Positions 28,810 to 38,071 of a stretch of 64,000 nt of DNA are shown piece after piece (position 1 is the stretch's first letter; every line of letters starts with the position of its first letter). Location: assembly GCA_035508155.1 (NCBI GenBank), contig DATJNM010000058.1, positions 316 to 64,315 of the forward strand. The letters are read 5' to 3'. Source of the DNA: Candidatus Sulfopaludibacter sp. Lineage in GTDB: Bacteria; Verrucomicrobiota; Verrucomicrobiia; Limisphaerales; UBA11358. Below the pieces are notes generated by a model that saw only the letters and a program-made list of their open reading frames with translations, made no database searches and was not told where the DNA came from. A program made the position numbers and the translations under genes.

Positions 28810-29549
28810 ACCAAGCCTCCGTTGACGCGGATGTTCTGGCCGGTCACCCAGCCGGCGGCGTCGCTGGCGAGAAATGCAACCACTTCGGCGATTTCCCGCG
28901 GCTGGCCAAGCCGGCCAAACGCCGACAGTTTCGCGAACCGGTCAATTTGTTCCGGCGTTTTGCCTTCCTTGAACAATTCAGTTTCCGTTGGGCCGGGGGA
29001 AAGCGAATTGACCGTGATGCCGCGCGACCCTAATTCGCCCGCGAGCGAGCGGGTGAATTGTTCCACCGCGCCTTTCGTTGCAACGTAAGCGCCGTAATTC
29101 GGCATGGGCCGTGCCGTCGTGGAACTCGATATATTGATGATGCGCCCGCCATCGGCCAATCGCGTCGCCGCCTGCTGGCACGCGAAAAAGACACCTTTGA
29201 CATTCAAAGCGAAAATTTGATCGAATTCAGCTTCGGTCACGGCGCCGACCGGTTTGCTAAACATCATGCCGGCGTTGTTGATCAAAATGTCCAGCCTGCC
29301 AAAATGCGTGAGCGTTTCATCGAACAGCCGGACAACTTCGGTGACACGCGCCATGTCCGCCTGGACGGTCAGCGCCCGACCGCCGGCGGATTCGATTTCA
29401 TTTTTCAGTGCCGTGGCTTCGCTGGCGCTGCGCGAATAGTTGATGGCGACCGCCGCGCCTTCGCGGGCGAGGCGCCTGGCCACGGCGCGCCCGATGCCGC
29501 GCGACGCGCCGGTGACCAGCGCGACTTTTCCCTTTAGTTCAATTTTCAT
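28806..29549 (-). CDS. SDR family oxidoreductase
   Basis: TGASRGIG, NNAG, catalytic YVATKGA. Start set to ATG 29549 (MKIELKGKVALV). Confidence 0.88.
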   Translation of the reverse strand: MKIELKGKVALVTGASRGIGRAVARRLAREGAAVAINYSRSASEATALKNEIESAGGRALTVQADMARVTEVVRLFDETLTHFGRLDILINNAGMMFSKPVGAVTEAEFDQIFALNVKGVFFACQQAATRLADGGRIINISSSTTARPMPNYGAYVATKGAVEQFTRSLAGELGSRGITVNSLSPGPTETELFKEGKTPEQIDRFAKLSAFGRLGQPREIAEVVAFLASDAAGWVTGQNIRVNGGLV

Positions 29550-29630
29550 CCACTTAAGATAATCGAACCGAACCGCCTGTCCCAAGTTGAAATGAATGTG
29601 ATGGGAGCGGGAGGCTGAATCGCAGCGGAA

Positions 29631-30182
29631 TCATTTCCCCGGCGCAGCCGCTGGAACATTGGTGGCGATCAAATCGTTCAACTGCCTGGCCAGGTCTTCC
29701 TTGGCTATCAGTCCCAGCGATGATCCCGTCAATTTGCCGTCCTTGAAAAACAGCAGCAGGGGGATGCCTCCGACTTGGAATCTTTGATCCGTTTTGGGCG
29801 ATTCGTCTATGTTCACTTTGACAAATTTGATTCTGCCTGCGTATTGATCCGCCAAACTGTCCACCACGGGCGACAATTCACGGCACGGCGCGCACCAGGT
29901 CGCGTAGCAATCCACCACCACCGGGTTTGATGACTGGATCACCGCCGCATCGAAACTCGTGTCGGTAATTCGTGTAACGTTGGCGGTGGATTGGTTCATG
30001 GTCGCGGCTTTGCCACCGCAGACGGATATGGAATAAAACAGCAGCGCGAGAATCGCGCCATAAACTGCGCCACGTTTCCAGTTTGCAGTCAATGGACACA
30101 TGCCGGGGTTGGATTTGTTGAAATAACCAAGCAACCCGCCCAGGCCGCCGCCAATCAGAATGCAGTCTAAAATGCAGTTCAT
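29631..30182 (-). CDS. Thioredoxin fused to an N-terminal Cys-containing two-TM module
   Basis: WCAPC active site with a Trx fold (VVVDCYATWCAPCREL...FVKVNIDE...IPLLLFFKDG). N-terminus MNCILDCILIGGGLGGLLGY...GMCPLT...YGAILALLF. AGGAGG lies before ATG 30182, and the ATGA overlaps the rhodanese stop. Confidence 0.85.
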   Translation of the reverse strand: MNCILDCILIGGGLGGLLGYFNKSNPGMCPLTANWKRGAVYGAILALLFYSISVCGGKAATMNQSTANVTRITDTSFDAAVIQSSNPVVVDCYATWCAPCRELSPVVDSLADQYAGRIKFVKVNIDESPKTDQRFQVGGIPLLLFFKDGKLTGSSLGLIAKEDLARQLNDLIATNVPAAAPGK

Positions 30183-30595
30183 TGTGTTACGTCTCCTCCT
30201 TTTGTTTGGGCAGCCGCGTTTGCTCGCCCATTCCACTGCTTCAAGATGCGTTCCGCCCGCCCATACGATCCCACGTTAAAGACATTCGGACAACCCATTC
30301 CTTTCAATTTTACTTTAGCGACGCCGCTGCGCGTGCCACTCAAGCAATGCAGGAGCAGCGTTTGATTTTTGTCCGGAACGCGGCATGGCAACGTCGTTTC
30401 GATTTCGTCCAGCGGAATGTTGACCGCCTTTGGCAGATGGCCGGAATTGAATTCACCTCGGCTGCGCACGTCCACCACCAGCGCGCCGTTTTTCAAATGC
30501 GCCAGCGCGGTTTGGATGGAAATTTCGCCGGATTTTTTCAGCAGCATAAATACGATGACCACAACCGCGAAGACTTCAAGGGGAATCCAATGCAT
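30179..30595 (-). CDS. Membrane-anchored rhodanese-domain sulfurtransferase
   Basis: N-terminal TM (VFAVVVIVFMLL). Motifs VVDVRSRGEFNSGHLPKAVNIP and active-site loop HCLSGTRS. Confidence 0.85.
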   Translation of the reverse strand: MHWIPLEVFAVVVIVFMLLKKSGEISIQTALAHLKNGALVVDVRSRGEFNSGHLPKAVNIPLDEIETTLPCRVPDKNQTLLLHCLSGTRSGVAKVKLKGMGCPNVFNVGSYGRAERILKQWNGRANAAAQTKGGDVTQ

Positions 30596-30613
30596 ACTTC
30601 TATTTTTTGAAAC

Positions 30614-33600
30614 TTATGCGGCGGCCTTCCGGGCATTCGCCATGAAATAAAGCAGCGGCACCACAATCGGTGCGATCATCATCGAAACCAGACTGCCCGC
30701 CATCAGCGAAATGGCCAGCCCCTGGAAAATCGGGTCGAACAGGATCACCGTCGCGCCCGCGACCACCGCCAGCGCCGTCAGCAGGATGGGCCGGAAGCGA
30801 ATCATGCCCGCTTCCACCACGGCTTCGGCCAACGGCATGCCTTCCGCCAACCGCAGTTCGATAAAATCAACGAGAATGATGGAATTGCGCACCACGATGC
30901 CCGCGCCAGCCATGAAACCAATCATCGAAGTCGCTGTGAAAAATGCACCAAGCAGCCCATGCGCCGGCACGATGCCGACGAGCGAAAACGGAATCACCGT
31001 CATCACAATCAGCGGCGTGAGAAACGACCGGAACCAACCGACCATCAAAATGTAAATCAACACCAGCACCGCCGCGAACGCCGTGCCGAGATCGCGGAAG
31101 ACTTCAATCGTGATGTGCCACTCGCCGTCCCATTTGATCGAAGGCGCATTTTCTGTGAATGGCTGGACGGCATTGTAGATTTTCAACGGTGAACCGTTGC
31201 CGCCGAACTGGCGCGTGTCGAGTTTCCGCAGCGCCTTGTTCATTTTCAAAATTGCATAGACCGGGCTTTCCACCTGACCCGCCACGTCGCCGATCACGTA
31301 GGTCACGGGCATGAGATTTTTGTGGTAAATGCTTTTGTCGGTGATGGCATGCTCGACCGTGACGAGTTCGCGCAAGGGCACGAGCGGTGGCGCACCGGTA
31401 GCGGAGCCTGGTTCCGGCAGCGCGTTGGCGTCGCCGGAGCGCACGCGCAGCGCCAGCAAATCATCGGGATTGCTCCGGTCGGCCAACGGCAGTTGCAGGA
31501 CGATGTTCACGTCCTCCTTCTCGCGCGGGACGTGAAGCAGGTCCACCGACTCGCCGCCAACGGCAATTTTGAGCGACTGCGAAATCGTCTCCGCGCTGAT
31601 GCCATGGAGCGCGGCCTTTTCCTTGTCTATCACGAAACGCGCCTTCGGCTGGTCGGCCTCGATGTACCAATCAGTGTCCACCACCCCCGGCGTGTTGTGA
31701 AAAATGTCAATGAGTTTGCGCGCCAGCGCCAGCCGGTCATTTTCCGCCGGCCCGTAAACTTCAGCCACCAACGTCTGGAGCACCGGCGGGCCGGGCGGGA
31801 CTTCGGCAACGGCCACGCGCGCGTTGTATTTCACGGCGATGGCAGCCACGCTTGGGCGCACCCGCTCGGCTATTTCGTGGCTCAACGCCTTGCGTTCGCT
31901 TTTGGGCAACAGATTGACCTGAATATCCGCCACGTTCGCGCCGTGGCGCATGAAATAATGGCGCACGAGGCCGTTGAAATTGAACGGCGATGCGACGCCG
32001 GCATAGATCTGATAATTCAGCACCTCCGGTTCGGTGCGGATGGCGGCGGCGATTTCGCGCGCCGCCTCCGTGGTGCGTTCCAGCGAACTGCCTTCCGGCA
32101 TATTCAGGATGACCTGGAATTCGCTCTTGTTGTCAAACGGCAGCATTTTTACCTTCACAAAACCGATGCCGACGAGCGCCATAGAAACCAGGAGCAACAC
32201 GATGAGTCCGCTGAGAAAAACGGCGCGCCGGCGGCGCTGCTTCACCAGCGGCACCATGAAGCGGCAATACAGCCGCGTGAAAAAATTCTCTACCGGTACG
32301 GAATGCAACGGCGGTTTTTCAACTTCAGTCACGCATGCCGCGTCCTCAGTCAGACGGGAGTATTTCCGACCCCAACGCAGGATGCGGATGCTCGCCCATG
32401 GTGTGACGATAAACGCGATGGCCAGTGAGAAAAACATCGCCGCACTGGAGCCAATCGGGATTGGCCGCATGTACGGCCCCATCAAACCACCGACGAACGC
32501 CATCGGCAGTACGGCGGCAATCACTGCGAACGTGGCGAGGATGGTCGGGTTGCCGACTTCGTTCACGGCTTCGACCGCAATGGCGCTCCATTTCCGGCCT
32601 TTGTTTTCAGCCAGATGAAAATGGCGAACGATGTTTTCGACGACAACGATGGCGTCGTCCACCAGAATCCCGATGGAGAAAATCAGCGCAAACAGCGTTA
32701 TGCGGTTCAGCGTAAAGCCGTAGAGGTAAAACACCAGCAACGTCAGCGCGAGTGTGGTGGGGATGGCAACGGCGACAATGAGCGATTCGCGCCAGCCGAG
32801 CGCGAGCAAAATCAGCGCCGACACCCCGACGACGGCCAGCAGCATGTGGAACAACAATTCGTTGGATTTTTCCTCCGCCGTCGCGCCGTAATTGCGCGTA
32901 ACGGTCACTTGCACTTCAGCGGGAACGATGCGGCCTTTGAGCGTGTCAACCTTCTTCAACGCCTCGTCGGCGACGCGAATGGCATTCGCGCCCGGCCGTT
33001 TGGCAATGGCCAGTGTCACGGCGGGTTGCTCGCCAGCTATCGCACTGGTTGCCGCGCCGGAACCGAAGAGGACATATTGCGTCGGCTCCTCCGCGCCATC
33101 CACGATGGTCGCTACGTCACGGAGATAAACTGGCTTCCCGGCGAATACGCCGACAACCACGTTGCCGACGTCCTCGGCATTTTGCAGAAATGCGCCGGTT
33201 TCCAGCTCGACTTCCTTGTTATTGCTGGTCACGCCACCGGCGACATATTGGCGGTCGGCCTGTTGCAACATTGGCACCAGGCCGGCGGGACTCAAATTGC
33301 GTGACGCGAGTTTGGCCGGATCAAGCAACACGCGGATTTGGCGGTGCGCACCGCCAATGATGGTGGTTCCGGCAACGTTGTGGACCTGTTTCACCGAATC
33401 GTCCACCTGCGCGACCAGCCGGCGCAGCGTCAAATGGTCATAGCGCGCGCTGTGAAACGTCAGGCAAAGAATCGGCACGTCGTCAATGGACCAAGCCTTG
33501 ATGAGTGGTTTGGAAACGCCATGCGGGATTTTGTCGTAGTTCGATTGCAGCTTTTGATTCAGCTTGACCAGGCTCCTGTCCATGTCTTCGCCGACTTTAA

Positions 33601-33928
33601 ACCGGACAATGGCAAGCGATTGTCCCTCACTGGAAGTCGAATAGATATATTCCACACCCGGAATTTCCCAGAGCAGCTTTTCCATCGGCCGGGTGACACG
33701 TTCCTCGACTTCCTTGGCGCCAGCACCAGGCATGGTGACCAGCACGTCCACCATCGGCACCTTGATTTGCGGTTCCTCTTCGCGCGGCAACATCGAAACC
33801 GCGAACACGCCGAGCAGCACCGACGCGATAATAACGAGCGGTGTGAGCTTGGAATCAATGAACATCCGCGCGACGCGGCCGGCAAAGCCATGCGAACCAG
33901 CGGACAAATGGTCAACGTCTGTTTTCAC
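30614..33928 (-). CDS. RND family efflux transporter permease
   Basis: 1104 aa. Two large periplasmic loops and 12 TM spans. N-terminus [18 protein letters not shown]...[12 protein letters not shown]. The GTG start overlaps the MFP stop (GTGA). Confidence 0.92.
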   Translation of the reverse strand: MKTDVDHLSAGSHGFAGRVARMFIDSKLTPLVIIASVLLGVFAVSMLPREEEPQIKVPMVDVLVTMPGAGAKEVEERVTRPMEKLLWEIPGVEYIYSTSSEGQSLAIVRFKVGEDMDRSLVKLNQKLQSNYDKIPHGVSKPLIKAWSIDDVPILCLTFHSARYDHLTLRRLVAQVDDSVKQVHNVAGTTIIGGAHRQIRVLLDPAKLASRNLSPAGLVPMLQQADRQYVAGGVTSNNKEVELETGAFLQNAEDVGNVVVGVFAGKPVYLRDVATIVDGAEEPTQYVLFGSGAATSAIAGEQPAVTLAIAKRPGANAIRVADEALKKVDTLKGRIVPAEVQVTVTRNYGATAEEKSNELLFHMLLAVVGVSALILLALGWRESLIVAVAIPTTLALTLLVFYLYGFTLNRITLFALIFSIGILVDDAIVVVENIVRHFHLAENKGRKWSAIAVEAVNEVGNPTILATFAVIAAVLPMAFVGGLMGPYMRPIPIGSSAAMFFSLAIAFIVTPWASIRILRWGRKYSRLTEDAACVTEVEKPPLHSVPVENFFTRLYCRFMVPLVKQRRRRAVFLSGLIVLLLVSMALVGIGFVKVKMLPFDNKSEFQVILNMPEGSSLERTTEAAREIAAAIRTEPEVLNYQIYAGVASPFNFNGLVRHYFMRHGANVADIQVNLLPKSERKALSHEIAERVRPSVAAIAVKYNARVAVAEVPPGPPVLQTLVAEVYGPAENDRLALARKLIDIFHNTPGVVDTDWYIEADQPKARFVIDKEKAALHGISAETISQSLKIAVGGESVDLLHVPREKEDVNIVLQLPLADRSNPDDLLALRVRSGDANALPEPGSATGAPPLVPLRELVTVEHAITDKSIYHKNLMPVTYVIGDVAGQVESPVYAILKMNKALRKLDTRQFGGNGSPLKIYNAVQPFTENAPSIKWDGEWHITIEVFRDLGTAFAAVLVLIYILMVGWFRSFLTPLIVMTVIPFSLVGIVPAHGLLGAFFTATSMIGFMAGAGIVVRNSIILVDFIELRLAEGMPLAEAVVEAGMIRFRPILLTALAVVAGATVILFDPIFQGLAISLMAGSLVSMMIAPIVVPLLYFMANARKAAA

Positions 33929-34947
33929 GGCTTGACCACGACCGGCTGGCCGTCCGACAAATTGTCCGCACCGCTGATGACCACCGTTTCCCCGGAGTCG
34001 AGGCCGGAAACAATTTCCACCTCATCGCCGACCCGCGCGCCGGTTTTGACAATGCGCAATTGCGCGTGGTTGTCGGCCACGACAAAAAGCAATTGCATGT
34101 CCCCGCGCTCCATCACCGCCGAGGCCGGGACACGCAACGCGGAAACTTCGCCGGTCGGAACAGCCACGCGGCCGAATTGCCCGGCGCGCAATCCGGGCAC
34201 GGACGGCAGATCCAATTTCACGATAAAGGTGCGGCTGTTCGGATCGGCAGACGGCGCGATTTCGCTGACAACACTGGGGAATTTCGCTTCCAACGCGCCG
34301 ACGCGCACCGGCAGCGTGTCGCCGAGTTTGAATTTGTCCACGAGCGCCTCCGGCACGTCAGCTTCGAGACGCAGCTGGCGCGGATCCTCTATTTCCAGCA
34401 GCGATTTACCCGGTGCGGCGAGGTCCCCCACATCCGCGTCCTTGCGCGTAATGATGCCCGCGAAGGGTGCGGTAACCTTGGTGTAGCCGAGCAACGTTTC
34501 GGCCTCGTTGACCGTCGCGTCAGCAACGCGGAATTTGGATTGCGCGGCGTCGAATTCGGAAGACGAAAGGATTTTTTGCTGGTACAAATCGTTAGCGCGC
34601 TTCAAATCATTTTCCGCCTGTTGGCGCACGGCGGATGCCTGATCGTATTGCGCCTGAATTTCGCGGGCGTCAATCGCCGCCAGCAATTCGCCGTTGGTGA
34701 CCTCCTGGCCGGGCACAACCAGCATCTGTTCGATCTTGCCGCTGACCTTGGCCTCGATGACGGCATGCAATTGGGCGCGTACCGTGCCGATGTCCTCTTC
34801 CATGGCGACTCGGTTTTTACTTTCAGCAACCCGAGTCTGTACGGAAACCGGCGGCAACAAATCCGCGCTAGTGGCGGGCTTGCGGCCACAGCCATTCAAA
34901 ACGAACGTCGCCAGCAGCGCAGCGGTGAGAAAATTCAACCGGTTCAT
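33925..34947 (-). CDS. Efflux RND periplasmic adaptor (MFP) lipoprotein
   Basis: Lipobox VLNGCG. Biotinyl/lipoyl-like hairpin ([24 protein letters not shown]), coiled-coil and beta-barrel domains. Confidence 0.9.
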   Translation of the reverse strand: MNRLNFLTAALLATFVLNGCGRKPATSADLLPPVSVQTRVAESKNRVAMEEDIGTVRAQLHAVIEAKVSGKIEQMLVVPGQEVTNGELLAAIDAREIQAQYDQASAVRQQAENDLKRANDLYQQKILSSSEFDAAQSKFRVADATVNEAETLLGYTKVTAPFAGIITRKDADVGDLAAPGKSLLEIEDPRQLRLEADVPEALVDKFKLGDTLPVRVGALEAKFPSVVSEIAPSADPNSRTFIVKLDLPSVPGLRAGQFGRVAVPTGEVSALRVPASAVMERGDMQLLFVVADNHAQLRIVKTGARVGDEVEIVSGLDSGETVVISGADNLSDGQPVVVKP

Positions 34948-35183
34948 TTGCCTTGGGCCGGTTGAGCCGGTTCAACCCCGCAGCAGCTTCCGGCGTCGCC
35001 CCCCACGCCGAGCTTTTTCAAAATCAGTTCCAGCGGGCAGAAGTTGGTGAATGAGGATTGGAACAGGTTGAAACCGACAAACGCCGTGAACCAGAGCCAG
35101 TAACGGCTGTGGTAATGGGCCAGCAGCAAGCTGGCAAGGACGAACGCGCCGGCAAACCGGCGAACGAGCATGTGCATTTTCAT
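34944..35183 (-). CDS. DUF2892 (YgaP-like TM domain) small membrane protein
   Basis: 79 aa. [14 protein letters not shown]...[31 protein letters not shown] is the DUF2892 pattern. Its stop overlaps the MFP start. Confidence 0.75.
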   Translation of the reverse strand: MKMHMLVRRFAGAFVLASLLLAHYHSRYWLWFTAFVGFNLFQSSFTNFCPLELILKKLGVGGDAGSCCGVEPAQPAQGK

Positions 35184-35192
35184 AATATCTTC

Positions 35193-35220
35193 TGGACAAT
35201 TTATTGTTTCGTTGTATAAT
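35193..35220 (+). promoter_or_regulatory. Candidate sigma70-type promoter of the arsR-family gene
   Basis: -35 TGGACA (35193-35198), 16-nt spacer, perfect -10 TATAAT (35215-35220). ATG at 35240. Confidence 0.45.
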
Positions 35221-35234
35221 CATATAACTATACA
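35213..35234. promoter_or_regulatory. Imperfect 22-bp palindrome (candidate ArsR-family operator)
   Basis: TGTATAATCAT/ATAACTATACA has 18 of 22 positions self-complementary. It overlaps the -10 box and lies in the 56-nt divergent intergenic region. Confidence 0.45.
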
Positions 35235-35239
35235 GCAAT

Positions 35240-35545
35240 ATGTCAAATAAAAGAATGCGCGCACTGAAGCCGGACGATCTGGAGCGGATTGCCGGGCAAT
35301 TCAGGGCGCTGGGCGAGCCGATGCGGCTGAAGATATTGCAGGCAGTCTGCAAGTCGCCGCGCATGGTCGGCGACATTGTGACTGCGACCGGGGGGATGCA
35401 GGCGAATGTCTCCAAACATCTCGCGTTGCTGGCCTCCGCCGGCATTCTGGCCCGCAAAAAAGAAGGCCAACGCGTTTTTTATGGCATGAAAGGCCAACTG
35501 GCCGTAAAGCTGTGCGAATTGGTCCGGACGCAGATCGCGGAATAA
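35240..35545 (+). CDS. ArsR/SmtB family transcriptional regulator
   Basis: 101 aa wHTH: FRALGEPMRLKILQAV...VGDIVTATGGMQANVSKHLALLASAGIL...RVFY. Cys37 and Cys92 are the only cysteines. Confidence 0.88.
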   Translation: MSNKRMRALKPDDLERIAGQFRALGEPMRLKILQAVCKSPRMVGDIVTATGGMQANVSKHLALLASAGILARKKEGQRVFYGMKGQLAVKLCELVRTQIAE

Positions 35546-35611
35546 TCGCCATCAGGAAATTGTTTGCAGCGGCGGCGGTCTCTGTTAGTTTGCAATTGAA
35601 GTCGGAAAGTT

Positions 35612-36886
35612 ATGAAGCAATGGCGTTTTATCACCGTTATAGCGCTGCTTCTGGGCACGTCGGTTCAAGCCACTCAGGTCGGGCTGATTAAAATTGACGG
35701 CGCCATCGGCCCGGCCACCGCCAGCTACGTTGCCCGCGCCCTGGAGGTGGCAGCGACGCAACACGATGAATGCCTCATCCTCCAGCTCAACACCCCGGGT
35801 GGCCTGCTGGATTCCGCGTCGGAAATTGTCGAAGATTTCTACGACTCCCGGGTGCCGACGGTGGTTTACGTGGCGCCGGCGCCGGCGCGGGCGGGCAGCG
35901 CCGGCGTGTTTATCACCATGGCGGCGGACGTGGCGGCGATGGCGCCGCATACGCGCCTGGGCGCCGCCCATCCGGTGGAACTGGGCACCGGCGGCGAAGT
36001 TGAAAGCACCAGTGAAACGATGACCAAGAAGATCGAGAACGACACGGCCACGTTTGCGGAAACCATCGCTGAAAAGCGGCACCGCAATGCCGAGTGGGCC
36101 ATGGCCTCCGTGCGCGAAAGCATTTCCACCAATGCCGAGGCGGCGCTTCAGTTGAACGTCATTGACTTGATTGCGGACGACCTTCCCGATTTGCTTAAGA
36201 AACTGGATGGCCGTAGGGTCGGCGACAAGGTCCTTCACACCGCGAACGCCACGGTCGTTGAAATTCCGATGAACGCCTGGGAGCGGTTCTCCCAGTTGTT
36301 CCTGCGCCCGGAAGTTATGTTTGTGCTGATGCTGCTGGTGATTTACGGATTCATCGGCGAGCTGAGCAGCCCGGGTGCAATCCTGCCGGGCGTTGTCGGC
36401 GCGATTGCGCTGATTCTGGTGCTTTACATGTCGGCGATTCTGCCGGTCAATGTTGCCGGGCTGGCGTTGATGGCCCTGGCGGTGCTGTTGTTTATCGCGG
36501 ACGCCTTTGCCAGCACGCATGGCGTACTCACAGCCGGCGGGGTCGTTGCGTTCTTCCTCGGCGCAATGATGTTGTTCAATCACGCCGGGCCGGGGTACGA
36601 TCTGTCGTTGCGCTGGATCATTCCGGGGACGGTGGTCACGGCGGCGTTTTTCATCTTTGTCGTCGGCGCGGGTTTGCGTGCGCAATTCAAACCTGTGCGT
36701 GCCGGCAAGGAAACGATGCTGGGGCGGACGGTCAACACACTTTCACGGATTGACGCGCAAGGCGGACGGGTGTTCATCGAAGGCGAAACCTGGAACGCCG
36801 TCAGCGACCTGCCCGTCGAGGCCGGGCAACCCGTGGAAGTCGTTGGCATCGAAGGCTTGACGTTGAAAGTGAAACCAAAAAATTAA
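35612..36886 (+). CDS. NfeD family membrane-bound serine protease
   Basis: Signal/TM, ClpP-like domain (LQLNTPGGLLDSA, AGSAGVFI), four or so TM spans, and a C-terminal OB domain (GGRVFIEGETWNAVSD...VEVVGIEGLTLKV). Confidence 0.85.
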   Translation: MKQWRFITVIALLLGTSVQATQVGLIKIDGAIGPATASYVARALEVAATQHDECLILQLNTPGGLLDSASEIVEDFYDSRVPTVVYVAPAPARAGSAGVFITMAADVAAMAPHTRLGAAHPVELGTGGEVESTSETMTKKIENDTATFAETIAEKRHRNAEWAMASVRESISTNAEAALQLNVIDLIADDLPDLLKKLDGRRVGDKVLHTANATVVEIPMNAWERFSQLFLRPEVMFVLMLLVIYGFIGELSSPGAILPGVVGAIALILVLYMSAILPVNVAGLALMALAVLLFIADAFASTHGVLTAGGVVAFFLGAMMLFNHAGPGYDLSLRWIIPGTVVTAAFFIFVVGAGLRAQFKPVRAGKETMLGRTVNTLSRIDAQGGRVFIEGETWNAVSDLPVEAGQPVEVVGIEGLTLKVKPKN

Positions 36887-36898
36887 CGGAAAAATACT

Positions 36899-37672
36899 AT
36901 GAATGACATCCCTGTGGATCTTATTGCCAAGCTTGGCGCGTGGGTCGTGGTTTTGTTTATCCTGGCGGTCGTCGTGCTGCCACAGGCATTGCGCATCCTG
37001 CGCGAGTACGAACGCGGCGTCATCTTCCGGCTCGGCAAGCTGCTGGGCGCCAAGGGGCCGGGCATTATTTTTCTGATTCCGATCGTGGACCGGATGGTGA
37101 AGATGGATTTGCGCGTCGTAACCATTGACGTGGCCAAACAGGAAATCATGACCAAGGACAACGTGCCGGTGACGGTGGACGCGGTGGTCTATTTCCGCGT
37201 TATCAACCCGAATGACGCCGTGGTGAAAGTGGAAAATTTCTGGAAAGCCACCTCGCTCATTGCGCAAACCACGCTGCGCAGCGTGCTGGGCCAGGCGTCG
37301 CTGGACGATTTGCTCTCGCAACGCGACGTCATCAACCAGAAACTGCAGGAAATCATTGACCGCCAGACCGAGCCGTGGGGGATCAAGGTGACGGCGGTGG
37401 AAGTAAAGGACGTGGCGTTGCCGGACAGTATGAAACGCGCGATGGCCAAGCAGGCCGAAGCCGAGCGCGAGCGCCGGGCCAAGGTGGTGAACGCGGAAGG
37501 CGAATATCAGGCCGCCGAAAAAATGGTGCAGGCCGCGCAGATGATCGCCAAGGAACCGATTGCGCTGCAACTGCGCTATCTCCAGACCATGCGCGAAATG
37601 GCCAGTGAACACAACACGACGACGTTCCTGCCGCTGCCGATTGATTTGTTCAGCGCGTTTTTGAAGAAGTAA
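36899..37672 (+). CDS. SPFH / band-7 (stomatin-like) protein
   Basis: N-terminal TM, ILREYERGVIFRLGK, PHB domain, and a coiled-coil AKQAEAERERRAKV. Confidence 0.9.
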   Translation: MNDIPVDLIAKLGAWVVVLFILAVVVLPQALRILREYERGVIFRLGKLLGAKGPGIIFLIPIVDRMVKMDLRVVTIDVAKQEIMTKDNVPVTVDAVVYFRVINPNDAVVKVENFWKATSLIAQTTLRSVLGQASLDDLLSQRDVINQKLQEIIDRQTEPWGIKVTAVEVKDVALPDSMKRAMAKQAEAERERRAKVVNAEGEYQAAEKMVQAAQMIAKEPIALQLRYLQTMREMASEHNTTTFLPLPIDLFSAFLKK

Positions 37673-37696
37673 AGCGGCAGAGGCAACTTGAAGAAA

Positions 37697-38071
37697 CTAT
37701 CGTTTGCAGGCGCGTGAAATCCGGTAGCGGTGCACAGCAAATTTTCGGCAACTCCAATCGAAAATGTCTCTTCCCAGTGGCACTTGGGAAAACAAGAAAA
37801 TCGGAAAGGCCCACCAGATCCTTTTCATTGCGTAGCGATAAGCGTCGGCGCCTTGGATTTGCTCACCGTTCGCCAGCCATAAACGCAAGTCCTGGAGCCG
37901 GTCGTCATCGCTCATTTGCAGCTTTTCTTTGACCCAATCCGCTTGCAGCGGCGCAATTTCAAATCCACGTTTTCGCACGGTTTCTGCCCAGAACGGAATC
38001 CAGCGTCGGCAAAACGCGCAGGAATCATCGTAAAGGATCCAGCCTGCCGGCTTGGTCTTGGCTTCATTCAT
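37697..38071 (-). CDS. DCC-family thiol-disulfide oxidoreductase (DUF393)
   Basis: ILYDDSCAFCRRWIPFW carries the family CxxC near the N-terminus. The protein is 124 aa. Confidence 0.75.
   Translation of the reverse strand: MNEAKTKPAGWILYDDSCAFCRRWIPFWAETVRKRGFEIAPLQADWVKEKLQMSDDDRLQDLRLWLANGEQIQGADAYRYAMKRIWWAFPIFLFSQVPLGRDIFDWSCRKFAVHRYRISRACKR

Noticed and set aside
30670-34965. Several 200-380-aa plus-strand ORFs (31322-32428, 32615-33304, 33338-34486, 34060-34965) over the RND and MFP genes
   Set aside because: They are all antisense to the 1104-aa RND and 340-aa MFP genes, whose family features are unambiguous. The antisense products are R/H/G/D-rich.
35585-36685. 366-aa minus-strand ORF across the NfeD gene
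   Set aside because: It is antisense to a gene with a clear ClpP-like domain, TM spans and an OB domain. Its product is an Arg/His/Gln-rich string with no structure-like pattern.
35612-37672. NfeD protease and SPFH/stomatin pair as a candidate novel system
   Set aside because: This is a well-known, widespread conserved gene pair. Nothing in the sequence looks atypical.
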